NCBI RefSeq assembly: GCF_009914755.1
Contig: NC_060933.1
DNA: 64,000 nt
Source of the DNA: the human T2T-CHM13v2.0 reference genome, Homo sapiens
Direction: 5' to 3' (one strand)
In this document: positions 1-12,479 of the stretch, piece by piece
How positions within the stretch are numbered: the first letter of the stretch is position 1
How the letters are laid out: each line of letters begins with the position of its first letter
Program-made: the position numbers and the translations under genes
Notes under the pieces: generated by a model
Database searches by the model: none
What the model saw: the letters and a program-made list of their open reading frames with translations, nothing else
Told to the model about the DNA's origin: nothing

Positions 1-1693
1 TACTTAGTTTTTGAGTTTTGATCTGTTTCCTAGCATAAGTCTACTCATTAAATAATGAGAAACAATATGAATAAAATAATATAGGCACAGTTTGAATTTA
101 ATAACAATTTAGAAATGGAGAAGCAAGGGCATTTGTCATTACACAGGATTCTGTCATTACTAATGAATTTTGTCAAGGTTAAGGTACACCAATCCTCATT
201 TTTCCAGTTGGGATAAATCAGAACATTCCTGATTCTGGTTTTACCATAGCAGGAGTCTTTAGCTTCATTCTTTTCCCCTCCACTCCAGTATTTTATCATA
301 TTGGTTGTTTTGAAACGCTGCTTTGTGTTTCATGGGTTGAAATTCTGAAAAATTAGATCTGAAGGTAATTGCTGAGGCTTTATGATTTAATTTTACATGT
401 TTGGAGACGAGTTCATTGAACTTACAAGCAGATAAATGAAAAATGCTACAAAATGGCATTAAATCAGTCTTAGCATTTTTTTCCTTTTAAAATATTGACC
501 TAAATATATATTGGCTAAACTTCTCCTTAATGTCAAAGATAAAATGATTGAACTCTCGGGTATAAGCAAGCCCACTTGGCAAAACTGGGGAGCAGAAGTA
601 ATTCTGAGCCAAGCACATGTCTCAAAAAGGAAGTTCTTTGACACGAGAGGTTGTCTCCAACTGGCAGAGTTCAGGAATAGCAGACTTGCCCAAAATAACA
701 ATTTTGAGCCATCTTACTCTATTGTAGAAATAGAAAAAAAATCATTTCAAAATAATTTTTCATTAAGCTAATAGTAGAAAATGTATTTAACTTAAGAATA
801 AAGATGGCCCAAAGTAGCTGTTAAGTCAAAGGTAAAAACAACAATATTTTTAGAACCCCAAAATCAGTTTTCATGTTTGTTTGCTTTTTCTTTCAGTGAA
901 TACATATAGTTTTCTAAGTACTCATTCTCTCTCAGATAATAAAACTAAAAGCCTGGCCTTTTTGAGTCATGAAAGTTCTCATCTACTAGTCACTTAAAAG
1001 CCATTTTTAGAAAAGAATGTGTTTTGCAAAGAATAAAACCATAATAAATGGAGGACATATACAAGAAGGGGGAGGGAGAGAATTAGTTATAGACTATGAT
1101 TGTTTACTAAGTAAAAAAGTCTCTACATGACACAAAATTATCTTTGAGAACATGAAGTAGTAATTGCAAAATTATGTCACGCTGAAATTACCTAAAATTA
1201 TTCTGGCAAGACACATAAACATGTAAAACACCAGTCGCCTTTATCTGCAAGGTTTAAAAGAAATGTGTTTATGAATAAAATTCCATGGCTAAGACAAAGG
1301 ATATGAGGTGGTGGCTGGAGAACTGAATTGAACCTATATCCTATAGTGTTTGAACTGAACAAAATTTTTGGCTTATTTATTTGTTTAAGGTAGTGGATAA
1401 TATGTCAAGTTTGGAAAATGTTACATAAAAATTCGAATTCCCTGCTTCTCCTGGGGAAAAAGTAAATCAGAAATCTGGCCACCCAGGGCTTACCTATCCA
1501 GAAGACTCAGCTGAAGCGGAGTTCAGGCTACCCCCTTAGACTAGGTACTCCTCCTCTAGTTGTCCACAGTTCTGATTTCCCCAATTTACTCATTTACTCA
1601 AGCAGCCCAGCTCTTGAGGCCCTTTCTGTGGTAGTGAAGATAATCTCATCCTTAGGGTCCTGTTGTTGATATAGAACAGATGTGGGTAATGTA

Positions 1694-2459
1694 TGGTGGG
1701 CGAACTGTGGCCAGGAAGTCGAGTCAGACTCTAAGTCTGTTAAAGAAAAACTTTTACATCTTTGAATAGTTGAATACAATTTTTAAAAGGATATTTCATG
1801 ACAAGTGAAAATTATTTTAAAATTCATATTTCAGAGCCTATAAATAAAGTTTTATTGAAACATAACAAAGGTCGTTAGTTTTCATATATCTATGGCTGCT
1901 TTTGTGCTACAAGGATAGAATAGAGTGGTTGCGACAGAGACCACATGGCCCACAAAGCCTAAAATGCTTATCCTTTTCAAAGAAAAAAAATTATTCAATG
2001 ATACCTATTAAAGCACAATAAGGAAGACTTTACTCAGCATCATTGAGACAGGTACAGGAACCACTACAACAGAGCCTGGCAGTGGAGGCGGAAACTGGGT
2101 TCAACTCCAGATACATGGGCAAGTGGAAATTCGTAGTCGAGGAGCAGGGTGTGGTTGGATGGAAATCACTAAGAGGAAACATCAGGGGCAAAAGTGAGTC
2201 TGGCTAAACCGACCTAACAGGATTTTTGTTGAAGGCAGGCCAGGGTGACCAGACATCACCTGGAGGATGGTGGAGGATGAGAAGCCTGATCAGATATTGA
2301 GATGGTCAGATTCCAAGGGTAGGGGTTCTTGCTAAAACTGAGTTTAATTAGGAAGTGCACAAATGGGCCTAGGAGAAGGTTCAGCAGACTGACTAAAGTT
2401 TGGCCAAGCAAAAAATCTTTGTCAGTATCTGGCCTTTATGGGAAAAGTTTGCTGACCCA
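1694..2459 (+). mobile_element. MER58B-like hAT-Charlie MITE, split by a MER31 LTR
   Basis: Resembles MER58 (AAATAAAGTTTTATTG...GCGACAGAGACCACATGGCCCACAAAGCCTAAAAT). Resumes at about 2426 with TATCTGGCCTTT...GTTTGCTGACCC, followed by a TCTAGA-type target. Confidence 0.65.
1975..2424 (-). mobile_element. MER31-like ERV1 solo LTR
   Basis: Reverse complement begins TGACAAAGA...GGCCAAACTTTAGTCAG, like MER31. It interrupts MER58. Confidence 0.65.
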
Positions 2460-2467
2460 ATCTAGAA

Positions 2468-3178
2468 CAGTGTTGTTCAAAGGTAATATAATGTGAGGCA
2501 CGTATATAATTTTAGATGTTCTAGTAGCCATATTTTTAAAAAGCAAGATGATAAAATTAGTTTTAATAATGTATTTTGTTTAACCCAATATAACCAAAAT
2601 ATCATTTCAATTGAAATTAATTTAAAAATTATTATTGCTATCTTTTACATTCCTTTTCATTCTGCCTTTGAAATTCAGTGTGTATATACTTGCAGTTGTG
2701 AAAGTTATCAGTATGAAAATGGAGTCACTAATATAAAACCCTAACTTAATGGAGCGGGGATGCCGTGAAGGAGGGGTCCTCACACATGTATGCCTATAAT
2801 GGGAACTATGCAAGGAATTCCTCGAAACTGCAGTAACCTGATTTCACAAGGACCCTTGCCTAACAATGGCTATTTCCACCAATAAGCTAACAACTCCAGC
2901 AACACGACCCTGTAATCAATGGTCTTTGTTTCAAAATGACTTATATGGACATTTATTTTGCCTTTAAAAGCTTCCCCTTTGCCCCAATTCTCTTGGATGC
3001 ACCTATGTTTTTCATAGCACATGTATCCCTCATTGCAATCCCTTGCTACTCCTGAATGAACTCTTTGCTTTGTAGAGTTGGTCTCTCACTGATTTTAGGT
3101 TGCCACAGTGTATCTCCAATAGGATTAGCCACCTTTCAAGGGCTCAATAGCTAAGATGGTGCTAGCATGTTGGAAGGA
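2468..3178. mobile_element. MER33-like hAT-Charlie element, split by an LTR
   Basis: TTCTAGTAGCCATATT...TTTAACCCAATATA on the left and TAGCCACCTTTCAAGGGCTCAATAGC on the right of the LTR. Confidence 0.6.
2697..3105 (+). mobile_element. ERV1-class solo LTR (LTR47/MER72-like)
   Basis: TG...CA termini; starts TGTGAAAGTTATCAGTATGAAAATGGAGTCACT; 4-bp TSD CAGT at 2693-2696 and 3106-3109. Confidence 0.7.
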
Positions 3179-4739
3179 CATCACAGATTTAGAATTTAAG
3201 AATATTAGACGGCAATAATTTAGCAAATAAATTAAATAAATTATGATTTCTTACACAATAAAGAACTCAGAGGTGTAGGAAAAAGAATAGGAACAAAGTC
3301 CCAAAGACTTCTAGGCTTAAGGGTGAAAGAGGGTTGGGGTGGGGAAAGTGAAAGTGGGCTATGAGAGATAAGGCTGCCTAGCTGAATAGACTAGCCAATG
3401 GGAGAAGAAGAGAGGATTTTTAAGAAGTATTGGAGGTCTGTGAGTCCTTTTCATGAGGTTCAAAGAAAACCTAAAGGTCTTGGTATTTAAAAATATTTAT
3501 GTTCACATAGCATTCATTTCTTGTCAAAAGAACTGCTCTGGATTTGAACCACAAGGGATTCAAAAACTTTTTTTTTTTTAAAGCTTCAGACTATTAACAA
3601 ATATTTTAAAGTAGGAGGCTTTTAGTCAAAAGGTTGTAGGCTGGGAGATACATCTGTGATCCAAAGCTTTCTCATTTCCATAGAACATGGCCTGAATACT
3701 TCTTGCCTTCTCTAGGACTGCCCATACCCCTGCTTTGAAGGAGGGATGGCTAATCTGATGGGTGAGGGTCTGACATTCATTGAGTCTTTCACTTCTGGTG
3801 AAAGTTTCCAGTAATTAATAGCCACCGGCCCAAGATCTCTTTTCCCTCCACACTGTCAGCTGCAACACAGGCTCTGCTTTTGCATACCCTCTCTGGTGGC
3901 AACAGACATATAATTCCAATACAATACAGTCATTGTTAAACAGGGCTCTGATCAAGGTAGAGTAAGAGCAGAAAGGAAAGAGGTGCAGGGTTTGGAGGAA
4001 CTCGTTCACAATTGGACATCCTCCTTTACTATCCACATCACTTTTTAGTCATGCTATTTTGTAGTTCAACATTACTATGGTGAAGTTATTTTGAGTATGT
4101 ATTGTTTTATGTGAAAATTAGATGGTAAAAACTCACTTAAACAGTATATACATATAAATGTGTAGATAAATAAGAATTCACTTTTGTAAACCCCTAAGAT
4201 AATGGCAAAAATTAAAAACATTGCTTGGACAATGCGATTATGCCCAGAAAAAAACCGTGTCTTCCATAAGTTTTTGATTTAACACACACTTATATATGTC
4301 AGACACTGTTGTAAGCACTTTACAAATATTAACTCTTATTCCAACAATACCTCCATAATGCTGGAATACTTTTACTTCCATTTGAGACCTGAGCTAGTAA
4401 GTAGCAATGTTCTGGGGTGACCACTGTCCTTGTTTTAGTACTGACAAGTCCTGCATCCTTATAGAACTCCTCAGTCCCAGCACAACCAGCATGGTTGGTC
4501 ATCCTAAAATTCAAACCCTGGCAATCTAATTCCATACTCCAGGCTATTAACATGTTTTCTCTCTTATAACAGTGCAGGGATAACTCTAGTAAATATAGAA
4601 ACACCATGTGTAGAAATGGACCAAACAAAAGCAACCCTGAAATCTGGGCCTGCTACAAGATGCTCTACTTATAGACGCTACAAGTAGAAATTCACCTTCA
4701 ACTTACCTAGTCTCCCAATAAACACTCTGGAATGTACTA

Positions 4740-5485
4740 GGGTTGATTTGCATCAGTTGCTTGCAGCTGGAGAGCTGCAAGGCAATTGCAGAATCTTCAG
4801 AAAGGCAGAGGGAGGAGCAGGGGGATTGGAAATCCTCTGATAAAATGGCTTAGAAGATGACTCACTCTTCCTAAGTAGGACCCAGTGGCGAACTTGAAAA
4901 GTCTGTAAATCCAACTGGGAGTACTTTATGTTGTTTTCTGCTTTGTCTGACTGTTTCTGTACATTTATATATTCATGGCTATTAAATAAACTTCCGTTGT
5001 CTGTGTCTTTTGGCCTTTTCCTTTCAATCACAGTAACAGCCTTGTTGTGACAGCACCACACTAAGAAGACTCTGTCAAGGCAGGGAGCCCAGAGGACAGA
5101 GAAAATGGCTGGGTTGTCCCATGGGCAGATGTGAAAAATACCCTAAAACCTCCTTCATGTGGTGAAGGATGCAAGTAAAAGATAGGAAATATATCAGCAG
5201 GGCCTTTGAGTCTAAGCTTATGCAATCACCTCTCAAATCACTTGCTTTTCTCTTCCACCTTGGCATTCCAGGAGGAGCATCACTACTCTCCACCTGTCTT
5301 CTTCTTTGGCCAATAGTAGGTAAAAAAAGAGCCAACAACAGAGTAGGATTCCTCTCCCCCCAATTCATATCTCGCTTCTCCTATAAAAAGACATAGAGAG
5401 AGGAAGAAACAATAAATACTATTTAAATAAATGATTGTGCTTGGTTTCTTCCACCTAGATTTTGTGTAGAACTACTTGCTGTGAG

Positions 5486-5522
<37 letters not shown>

Positions 5523-5540
5523 CCTAATTGAGATTTGCAT
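4740..5540. promoter_or_regulatory. Candidate tissue-specific promoter/enhancer in repeat-free DNA
   Basis: AP-1 TGACTCA 4858-4864; octamer ATTTGCAT at about 4746 and 5533; E-box CAGCTG about 4764; minus-strand TATATAAA 4964-4971; MEF2-like AT-rich motifs; plus-strand CCAAT about 5310 and TATAAAA about 5382. Motif evidence only. Confidence 0.35.
5491..5521 (+). repeat. poly(A) mononucleotide run (31 nt)
   Basis: Directly visible; no Alu or L1 body attached. Confidence 0.95.
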
Positions 5541-6142
5541 ATTCAAATACAAGACAAGGAAAATGCACCCAATCTGAGATGGGAGCTTAGAGAAAGAATA
5601 ACTGAGGCATTAACACTTGAGATGATACTGGAGGGTAAGAGTTTATCACAAGGATGAGGAGAGGGTGTCACAAGGATGAGAATGAAATTGGGAGCAAACA
5701 TTTAACAGATATTCTTCCTTCAGCCTGGAAAGACACTAGGAAGGGTGGGGGTGGGGGGGCACTGAGAAAGGAGAAGGTATGGCAAGCTCAGTAGCTATAC
5801 TTATTCTAAGGTCTGACTGAAGGAAAGTGTTGGGAGATGAGGAATCTCCTCAGAAAGGGTATTCTGTTCATGCTCAACAGATTAAGAGTTTTCTATGCCT
5901 GACAAGAAACCACTGAAAAAATTTGAGCAGAGGTATGATATAATCAGATCACAGTATGAGAATATTTGTCACAGTCCTCAGGAATGTGCCATGCAAAGCC
6001 ATGGTTACTGGCAAACTAGTTATTAAATGGACCAGAAAAAGAAAAACAAAACATTGAAGAGCTCTTCAAAAGGGAATATGAAACCAATGAAAACGATGAA
6101 AATATTTAAATATATGAAACAACATAAGTCAAAAAATGTTAA

Positions 6143-6490
6143 GGCTGGGTGCAGTGGCTAATGTCTATAATCTCAGCAGTTTGGGAGGCTGAGGTGGAAA
6201 GATTGCTTGAGGCCAGAAATTAGAGACCGCCCTGGGAAACACAGAGAAACCCCGTCTCTACAAGGAATTTTTTTTCTTTTAATTAGCTGGGCATGGTGGT
6301 GTGCACGTGTAGTCCCAGGTACTCGGGAAGCTGAAGTGGGAGGATTGCTTGAGTCCAGGAGTTTGAGGTTACAGTGGGCTATGATAGTGCCACTGCACTC
6401 CAGCCTGGGTAACTGAATGAGACCTTGTCTCTAAAACTAAAAAGCAATAAATAAATAATAAATAAATCAATAAATAAATAAAAAGAGAAA
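6143..6490 (+). mobile_element. AluJ with (AAAT)n tail
   Basis: Dimeric Alu with J-type GGAGGATTGCTTGAGTCCAGGAGTTTGAGG. Confidence 0.9.
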
Positions 6491-6823
6491 ATAAAGATTT
6501 TAAACTATGTAAGCTAAAAATGTACTTAAGGATGAAGAAGAGATAGTTCACAGAATGAACAAATTCTTGACCTCAATACTGATCCAGTAAGGATCAGGGA
6601 GCATGCATTTTCCAAACTGTCTCCAACAATAGCAAATAATGGTCAATGGCTGGATATTCTAAACCAATGTAAAGTAATGTATAGAAAAGTCATAAGGACT
6701 GGCTTTTGGTTTCTGATTGCCTCACTAAATAGCACTTTATTTTGTTTTTTATTTTAAAAAGTAGAATGAGATTTGTTTTAATCCTTAGCATATATGTTTA
6801 TTGGGCTTTCTGCAGGTTATTGA

Positions 6824-7032
<209 letters not shown>

Positions 7033-7037
7033 ATAGG

Positions 7038-7347
7038 TTTTTATTTATTTATTTATTTATTTATTGTCATAGGGTCTCACTATGTCACCCAGGCTGATGT
7101 ACAGTGACATAATCATGGCTCACTGCAGCGTCAACCTCCTGGGCTCAAGTGATCCTCCCAACTCAGCCTCCTGAGTAGCTGGGACTACAGCCATGCACCA
7201 CCACACCTGACAAATTTTTGTATTTTTTGTAAAGACAGGGTTTTGCCACGTTGCCCAGGCTGGTCCCAAACTCCTGAGCTCAAGCGATCTACCTGTCCCA
7301 GCCTCCCAAAGTGCTGAGATTACAGGTGTGAGCCACAGCTCCCAGCT
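7038..7347 (-). mobile_element. AluJ (full length) nested at the end of the previous Alu
   Basis: Dimeric Alu with (TTTA)n tail; degenerate TSD at 7025-7039 and 7348-7362. Confidence 0.9.
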
Positions 7348-7619
7348 CCAGGCTGGCAGGTTATTGACTTAAAATTTCAATTTTTACATTCTTTCCTAAT
7401 GTTTCATCACAGTTTATTTTCTAAAACTGATATTCTATATATGGTTTTATTTAGTTTAATACTTGTTCATTGAGAAATATTTCTTGAATGCCTATTTTTT
7501 TTCCTTAGGCCCTAAGGAACCAATAATTAATAAAGATAGATGGACAAATCTGGCTGCTGTCTTTATGGAGTTTACAGTCTAGTGGAAAGCAAACAATTAT
7601 AATGTTATATGTGTAAAGA

Positions 7620-8780
7620 ACATGACAGAAACTCAGCTTGCCTACCCAATATTTATTCGCCACATCTTTCTTGTGAAGAGAATCCCAGCTTAGTTAGGGG
7701 TAAGCAACATGCCCAATTGTAGCAGATTGTATTTCCCCAAAATGGCCACAGTAATATTTTGTTTTTTGTTTTTTTTGTTTTTGAGATGGAATCTCAGTCT
7801 TGTCGCTCAGGCTGGGGTGCAGTGGCACGATCTCGGCTCACTGCAACCTCCGCCTCCCAGGTTCAAGCTATTCTCCCGCCTCAGCCTCCTGAAGTAGTTG
7901 GGATTACAGGCATGCGCCACTACATCTGGCTAATTTTTGTATTTTTTCAGTAGAGACGGGGTTTCACCATGTTGGCCAGGCTGGTCTCAAATTCCTGACC
8001 TCAAATGATCCACCTGCCTCGGCCTCCCAAAGAGCTGGGATTATAGGCGTGAGCCACTGGGCCCAGCCCACAGCAATATTTTGGTCCACTTGCTCTTCCA
8101 TACCTCGCCACCCCCAGATCAAGTTGTAAAATCGACTTCTCTTCCCCTTTAACCAGGCAGACCTTTGTATTTTCCACAATGAATAGAATACAGCACAAGT
8201 GATAATGTGTGACTTCCAGGTCATAAAAGGCGATATGGTTTCTACCTCAGTCTCTCTTGGGACCCTCACCCTTGGGACTCAGCTATCGTGGTGTGGGAAT
8301 CCAAGAACCCACATGAAAAGCTCATGTGTAGGTGTTCTAACCACAGTTCCAACTGTGTGAGTCTTCTTGGCCGGCAGCCAGCAACAATTGCCTCTAGGCT
8401 GATGCCAAGTGAAGCAGAGACAAGCTGTCTCTGCTAAGCTTTGCCCAAATGGCCTATTTGTGAGAAAAACACATTTTCATTCTAAGCCATTAACTTTTGA
8501 GTTGGTTTGTTTCACAGTAATAGAAACCTGGAAGATCTGCTTAAAAAATTGCATTACCCAGCCTTCCTGGCAGATTGGTTAGGCATGTGACATAATTTTG
8601 ACCAATGAGATAGAAAGAGAAGCCCATGGGTGAGGCTTCTGAGAAAGACTCAGCAGATACATGACTGTAAGATCTGGACCCTTTGTTCCTCCTTCTGCCT
8701 ACGACGCAGTGACAGCTAGAGCTCCAGCACCATTTTGTAAGAATGAGAACAAGAGCCACACTTTAAAGATTCCAGGACAG
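7620..8780 (+). mobile_element. Nested MaLR LTRs (MLT1J-like containing MLT1G/H-like, about 7718-8530)
   Basis: TGTAGCAGATTGTATTTCCCCAAAATGGCCAC start and CTAAGCCATTAACTTTTGAGTTGGTTTGTT end; flanking MLT1J-like CATGTGACATAATTTTGACCAATGAGAT. Confidence 0.55.
7756..8067 (-). mobile_element. AluS
   Basis: Full dimer; TSD CCACAG(T/C)AATATTTT on both sides. Confidence 0.92.
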
Positions 8781-9575
8781 ACATGTAGAAAAGGTGCTCA
8801 GCATTTTTAATCATTAGGGAAATGCAAGTGAAAACTGCAATGAGAAATCATTTCACACTTCTAAAAGGACAAACATTAAAAAGATTGACACACTAGATTT
8901 TGATGTGGATGTGGAAAAAGTAGAATTTGCATACATTTCTAGTTGGAGTATAAAATAATACCAATCTTTGATAAACTGTTTAACAGTTTCTAATAAAGAT
9001 AAAAATATACCTATTCTATGATCCATCTGGATTCAACTTCTAGGTGTTTATGAAACATAAAGACATATCTTCACAAAAAGACTTACGTAAGAATGTTCAT
9101 AGTAGATTTATTTGTTATAGGCCAAAATAGGGAATAGTCCGTATGTCCACCAATATGAAAATTGGTAAAATGGATAAATTGTGCCACATATACTACATTG
9201 GAATACTGTTCAGTAATAAAATAAGAATGAACTACTCATATATGCAACAACATAAATGAATCTGAAAAACGTTATGTTGAGCAAAAGAAGCAAAATACAT
9301 GAATATACATATACTATCTGATTCTACTTACATGGCATTCCAACACATGCGAAACCAATGAATTGTGGTAGAAATTAGAACAGTAACTGCATTTTAGAGG
9401 AATTGACCAAAAAGGCACAAAGGAATTATTTGGGGTGCTGGAAAAGTTCTACTTTGGAAACCAGTTGGGATATTGGTTACCCAGAGGTATACAGTCATCA
9501 GAATTCATCAGACTACTCACTAAGTTACGTATACTTTACTAGATGTATATTATAAAACATTAGTTCACTAAAAAT
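8780..9575 (+). mobile_element. Old L1M 3' end fragment
   Basis: ATCATTAGGGAAATGCAAGTGAAAACTGCAATGAGA, GAATGTTCATAGTAG, TATGTTGAGCAAAAGAAGC are typical L1M 3' motifs. Confidence 0.75.
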
Positions 9576-10002
9576 AAATATGGTCATACTTTTCAATGGC
9601 TTATTTACTAGTGAGATCCACTGAAAGGAGCTATGACTTAAATATTATTGATTTGCTGTGATAGCTAACTTACAGCAGCAATGTTTAAACTAATACTAGG
9701 AATGAAAATATTTTGGTGACCAGGTCTCACCTACAAGTAAAATACTATCTCCAATTCGTTTACCCAAAACAAATATATTCTATGTTCTACATCAAAACAT
9801 GTTCAACATGTTTTATTTCTCCTTTTCCCAAGCTAAGATAACCATAACAAGGTTATTTAGGCAAATCCCCATACCAGCAACTGACAGGGTTTCTTGATAA
9901 AGGTGATATCTCAGCTGAGATCTGGGTTACAGAAGGATTTATCAGCCAAAAAGGAAGAGAGAGAACAGAAGTAAAATGAAGCCCCAGGGACAAGGGAAAA
10001 AT

Positions 10003-10035
<33 letters not shown>

Positions 10036-10065
10036 CACAGGAGAGAGAGAGAGAGAGAAAGAGAG
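10003..10065. repeat. Compound (CA)n(GA)n microsatellite
   Basis: Directly visible. Confidence 0.95.
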
Positions 10066-11455
10066 GTGGAGAGACAAGCAGGCAGTCAGAAACAGAGAGA
10101 TAAAGAAACTGAAAGATGGTCAGTGTCCATTGAAAAGGCTTAAACAACTATCTAAACAGGAGAAATAGTGCTTGACTGAGAAAGAACACAGAGAATCTTG
10201 AGAAGTATCTTCATCTGGATGGTGGTTAAATGGGTATGCACATATGTAAAACCCCTTAAACTTTACATTTATATTAGCACACTTCACATATTTACTGTAC
10301 ATATGTTATACTTCAATTTCAAAAACAGAGAGGACTGAGTCCTAGATGACAGTTAAAAGGAGGTATGTGGAGAAAAGTGGCTAGAATGGAGATCTGTTTA
10401 GGTGGTAGATTTGATTAGGCCTGGTGACAGTTTGGATGAGAGAGGGAAGAATATAAGTATGAGACACCTTCACTTCTGAGTTGGGCAGCTGGTTGAATAA
10501 TGGTGCAAATAACCTAGATAGGAAGGAGGAAAGTTTAGGGAATGCGGAATGGTCAGCTTTGGACATGTTAGGGTTCTGAATAACATCTAAATAGAAAAAG
10601 CATCTTTGTTAGTGTGGCTGGTAACACAGGAGCGCAGTTAAATATTTGTGGAATAAATAAATGCTCAGTAAACAGTTGAATAACTAGGTGTGAACATCAG
10701 GAGAGAAATCTGAAGTAATGAGACATATTTAGTAAACCTTAGTGTTAGAAAGTGCTGTTTTTCTATACAATAGAGCTTTAGCTGGGCACACGATTCCCCA
10801 AATATAGACTACATTTCCCAGCCTCTGTGCAGCTAATTGTGGCCATATGATTAGGTTCTCATTTGTGGGATTTATTAGAAATGATGTTTTCACTTTCTCA
10901 ATTATGCCTTTTGTAGGAAAGAAGCATGTCGCTGCTTCCCATGGGGTTGAATGCAAATATGATAGTGAGGTCATTTTGACCACATGGATGAGGGTCGTAC
11001 CCAGTGGCTGTCATACATTAAAAGGACCTCAGGTTCTCTAACCTACTGGGCCACCATATTATTCCTGGACAATATACACAAAATATTACATGAGAAATAA
11101 CTCTTTATCTTATTTGAGTATTTTTTGTCTCTTGTTACCTCATTCTAGCCTTTATCCAAGCTAATCCAACTATTATTAAAACCAGGGGAGAATGTGACTA
11201 ATGAGAAGTATCAGGAGAGTGTGGAATTGTGAAGGCTAGGGAAAAGGACAAGAAAAGAGTAGTCCACCGTGTTACAGGCTTTTCAAGGAGGAAAGGATTC
11301 ATAAGGCATCACCTCAGGATGTTGAATTTTATTGTGTTTGGATCATTGTTACCTAATCACTTAACCACAGCACCGCACGAAGCAGCTCTATCTCACTAAT
11401 TAGGCTAAGTCCAGTAAATTTCTTCTAATTTTTGTTTCTGATCTATTTTGGCTGG

Positions 11456-11978
11456 TGTGAATGTTAAGACTGAGTGTCAACTTGATTGGATTGAAGGATG
11501 CAAAGTATTGTTCCTGATGTGTCTCTGAGGGTGTTGCCAAAGGGGATTAACATTTGAGTCAGTGGACTGGGAGAGGCAGATCCACCCTCAAGCTGGTCGG
11601 GCACCACCTAATCAGCCGCCAAGCAGAAGTTGTAAACAGCAGACTTGCTGAATCTTCCAGTCTTCATCTTTCTCCCGTGCTGGATGCTTCCTGTCATTGA
11701 ACATCAGACTCCAAGTTCTTCACTTTTGGACTCTTGGACTTACATGGGTGGTTTGCTGGGGGCTCTCATGCCTTCAACCACAGACTGAAGGCTGCACTGT
11801 CGGCTTCCCTACTTCTGAGGTTTGGGGACTCGCACTGGCTTCCTTGCTGCTCAGCTTGCAGATGGCCTACTGTGGGACTTCGCCTTGCGATTGTGTGAGT
11901 CAATTCTCCTAATAAACTCCCCTTCATATATACGTATATCCTAGTAGTTCTGTCCCTTTAGAAACCCTGGCTAATCCA
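11456..11978 (+). mobile_element. MLT2A-type ERVL solo LTR
   Basis: TGAGTGTCAACTTGATTGGATTGAAGGATGCAAAGTATTG is MLT2A-like; TG...CA ends; 5-bp TSD GCTGG/GCTAG; AATAAA about 11911. Confidence 0.85.
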
Positions 11979-12479
11979 GCTAGTAAACATGACTTTGTCT
12001 TGGCTAAAAATCTCACCAACACCTCTCATTCAAGAAGAATTTCATCGCTCTAATATTGTATTTCAATAGACACTATAAAAGGTGCTAGTATTGGATCCAG
12101 TTTAATTCCAAACTAATTAAGCTTGGACTAGAACCAACTGCAATGAATCAAAGCAATCAGCACCTTTTACCCAAAATTATACAGTAGGTTAATCTAGCAA
12201 AAGGAAAGAATACACATTTCAGGCCAGGGTCATTATGTTAGTCAATTATCTTTTTGTGCAGGGGACAGAGACTAAGGGATCATAGGGGAGGATTTATTGG
12301 AAAGGTTCTGAGATAGCTCACAGATTCTGAAGAACCAGGGCCGTTTTAGGGCCTTCAGTGACTACAACCAGAATCTTAATGCCACCTCTTTCTTCCTACT
12401 GCCTTCTTTCCCTCTGGCTGTCAGCTTTATGCTTCTTGCATATGTACACTTCTGAGAAAAGGGGATACATTTTATGCCT

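Noticed and set aside
4753-5061. 102-aa minus ORF with tyrosine motifs (EYINV, IKYSQL, ITIM-like)
   Set aside because: GTG start, no family recognised, and it overlaps promoter-like motifs; short motifs arise by chance. BLASTP or PhyloCSF would settle it.
5400-5521. Poly(A) run with upstream AATAAA as a possible retrocopy tail
   Set aside because: The nearest AATAAA is about 60 nt upstream, no TSD was found and no parent mRNA is recognisable.
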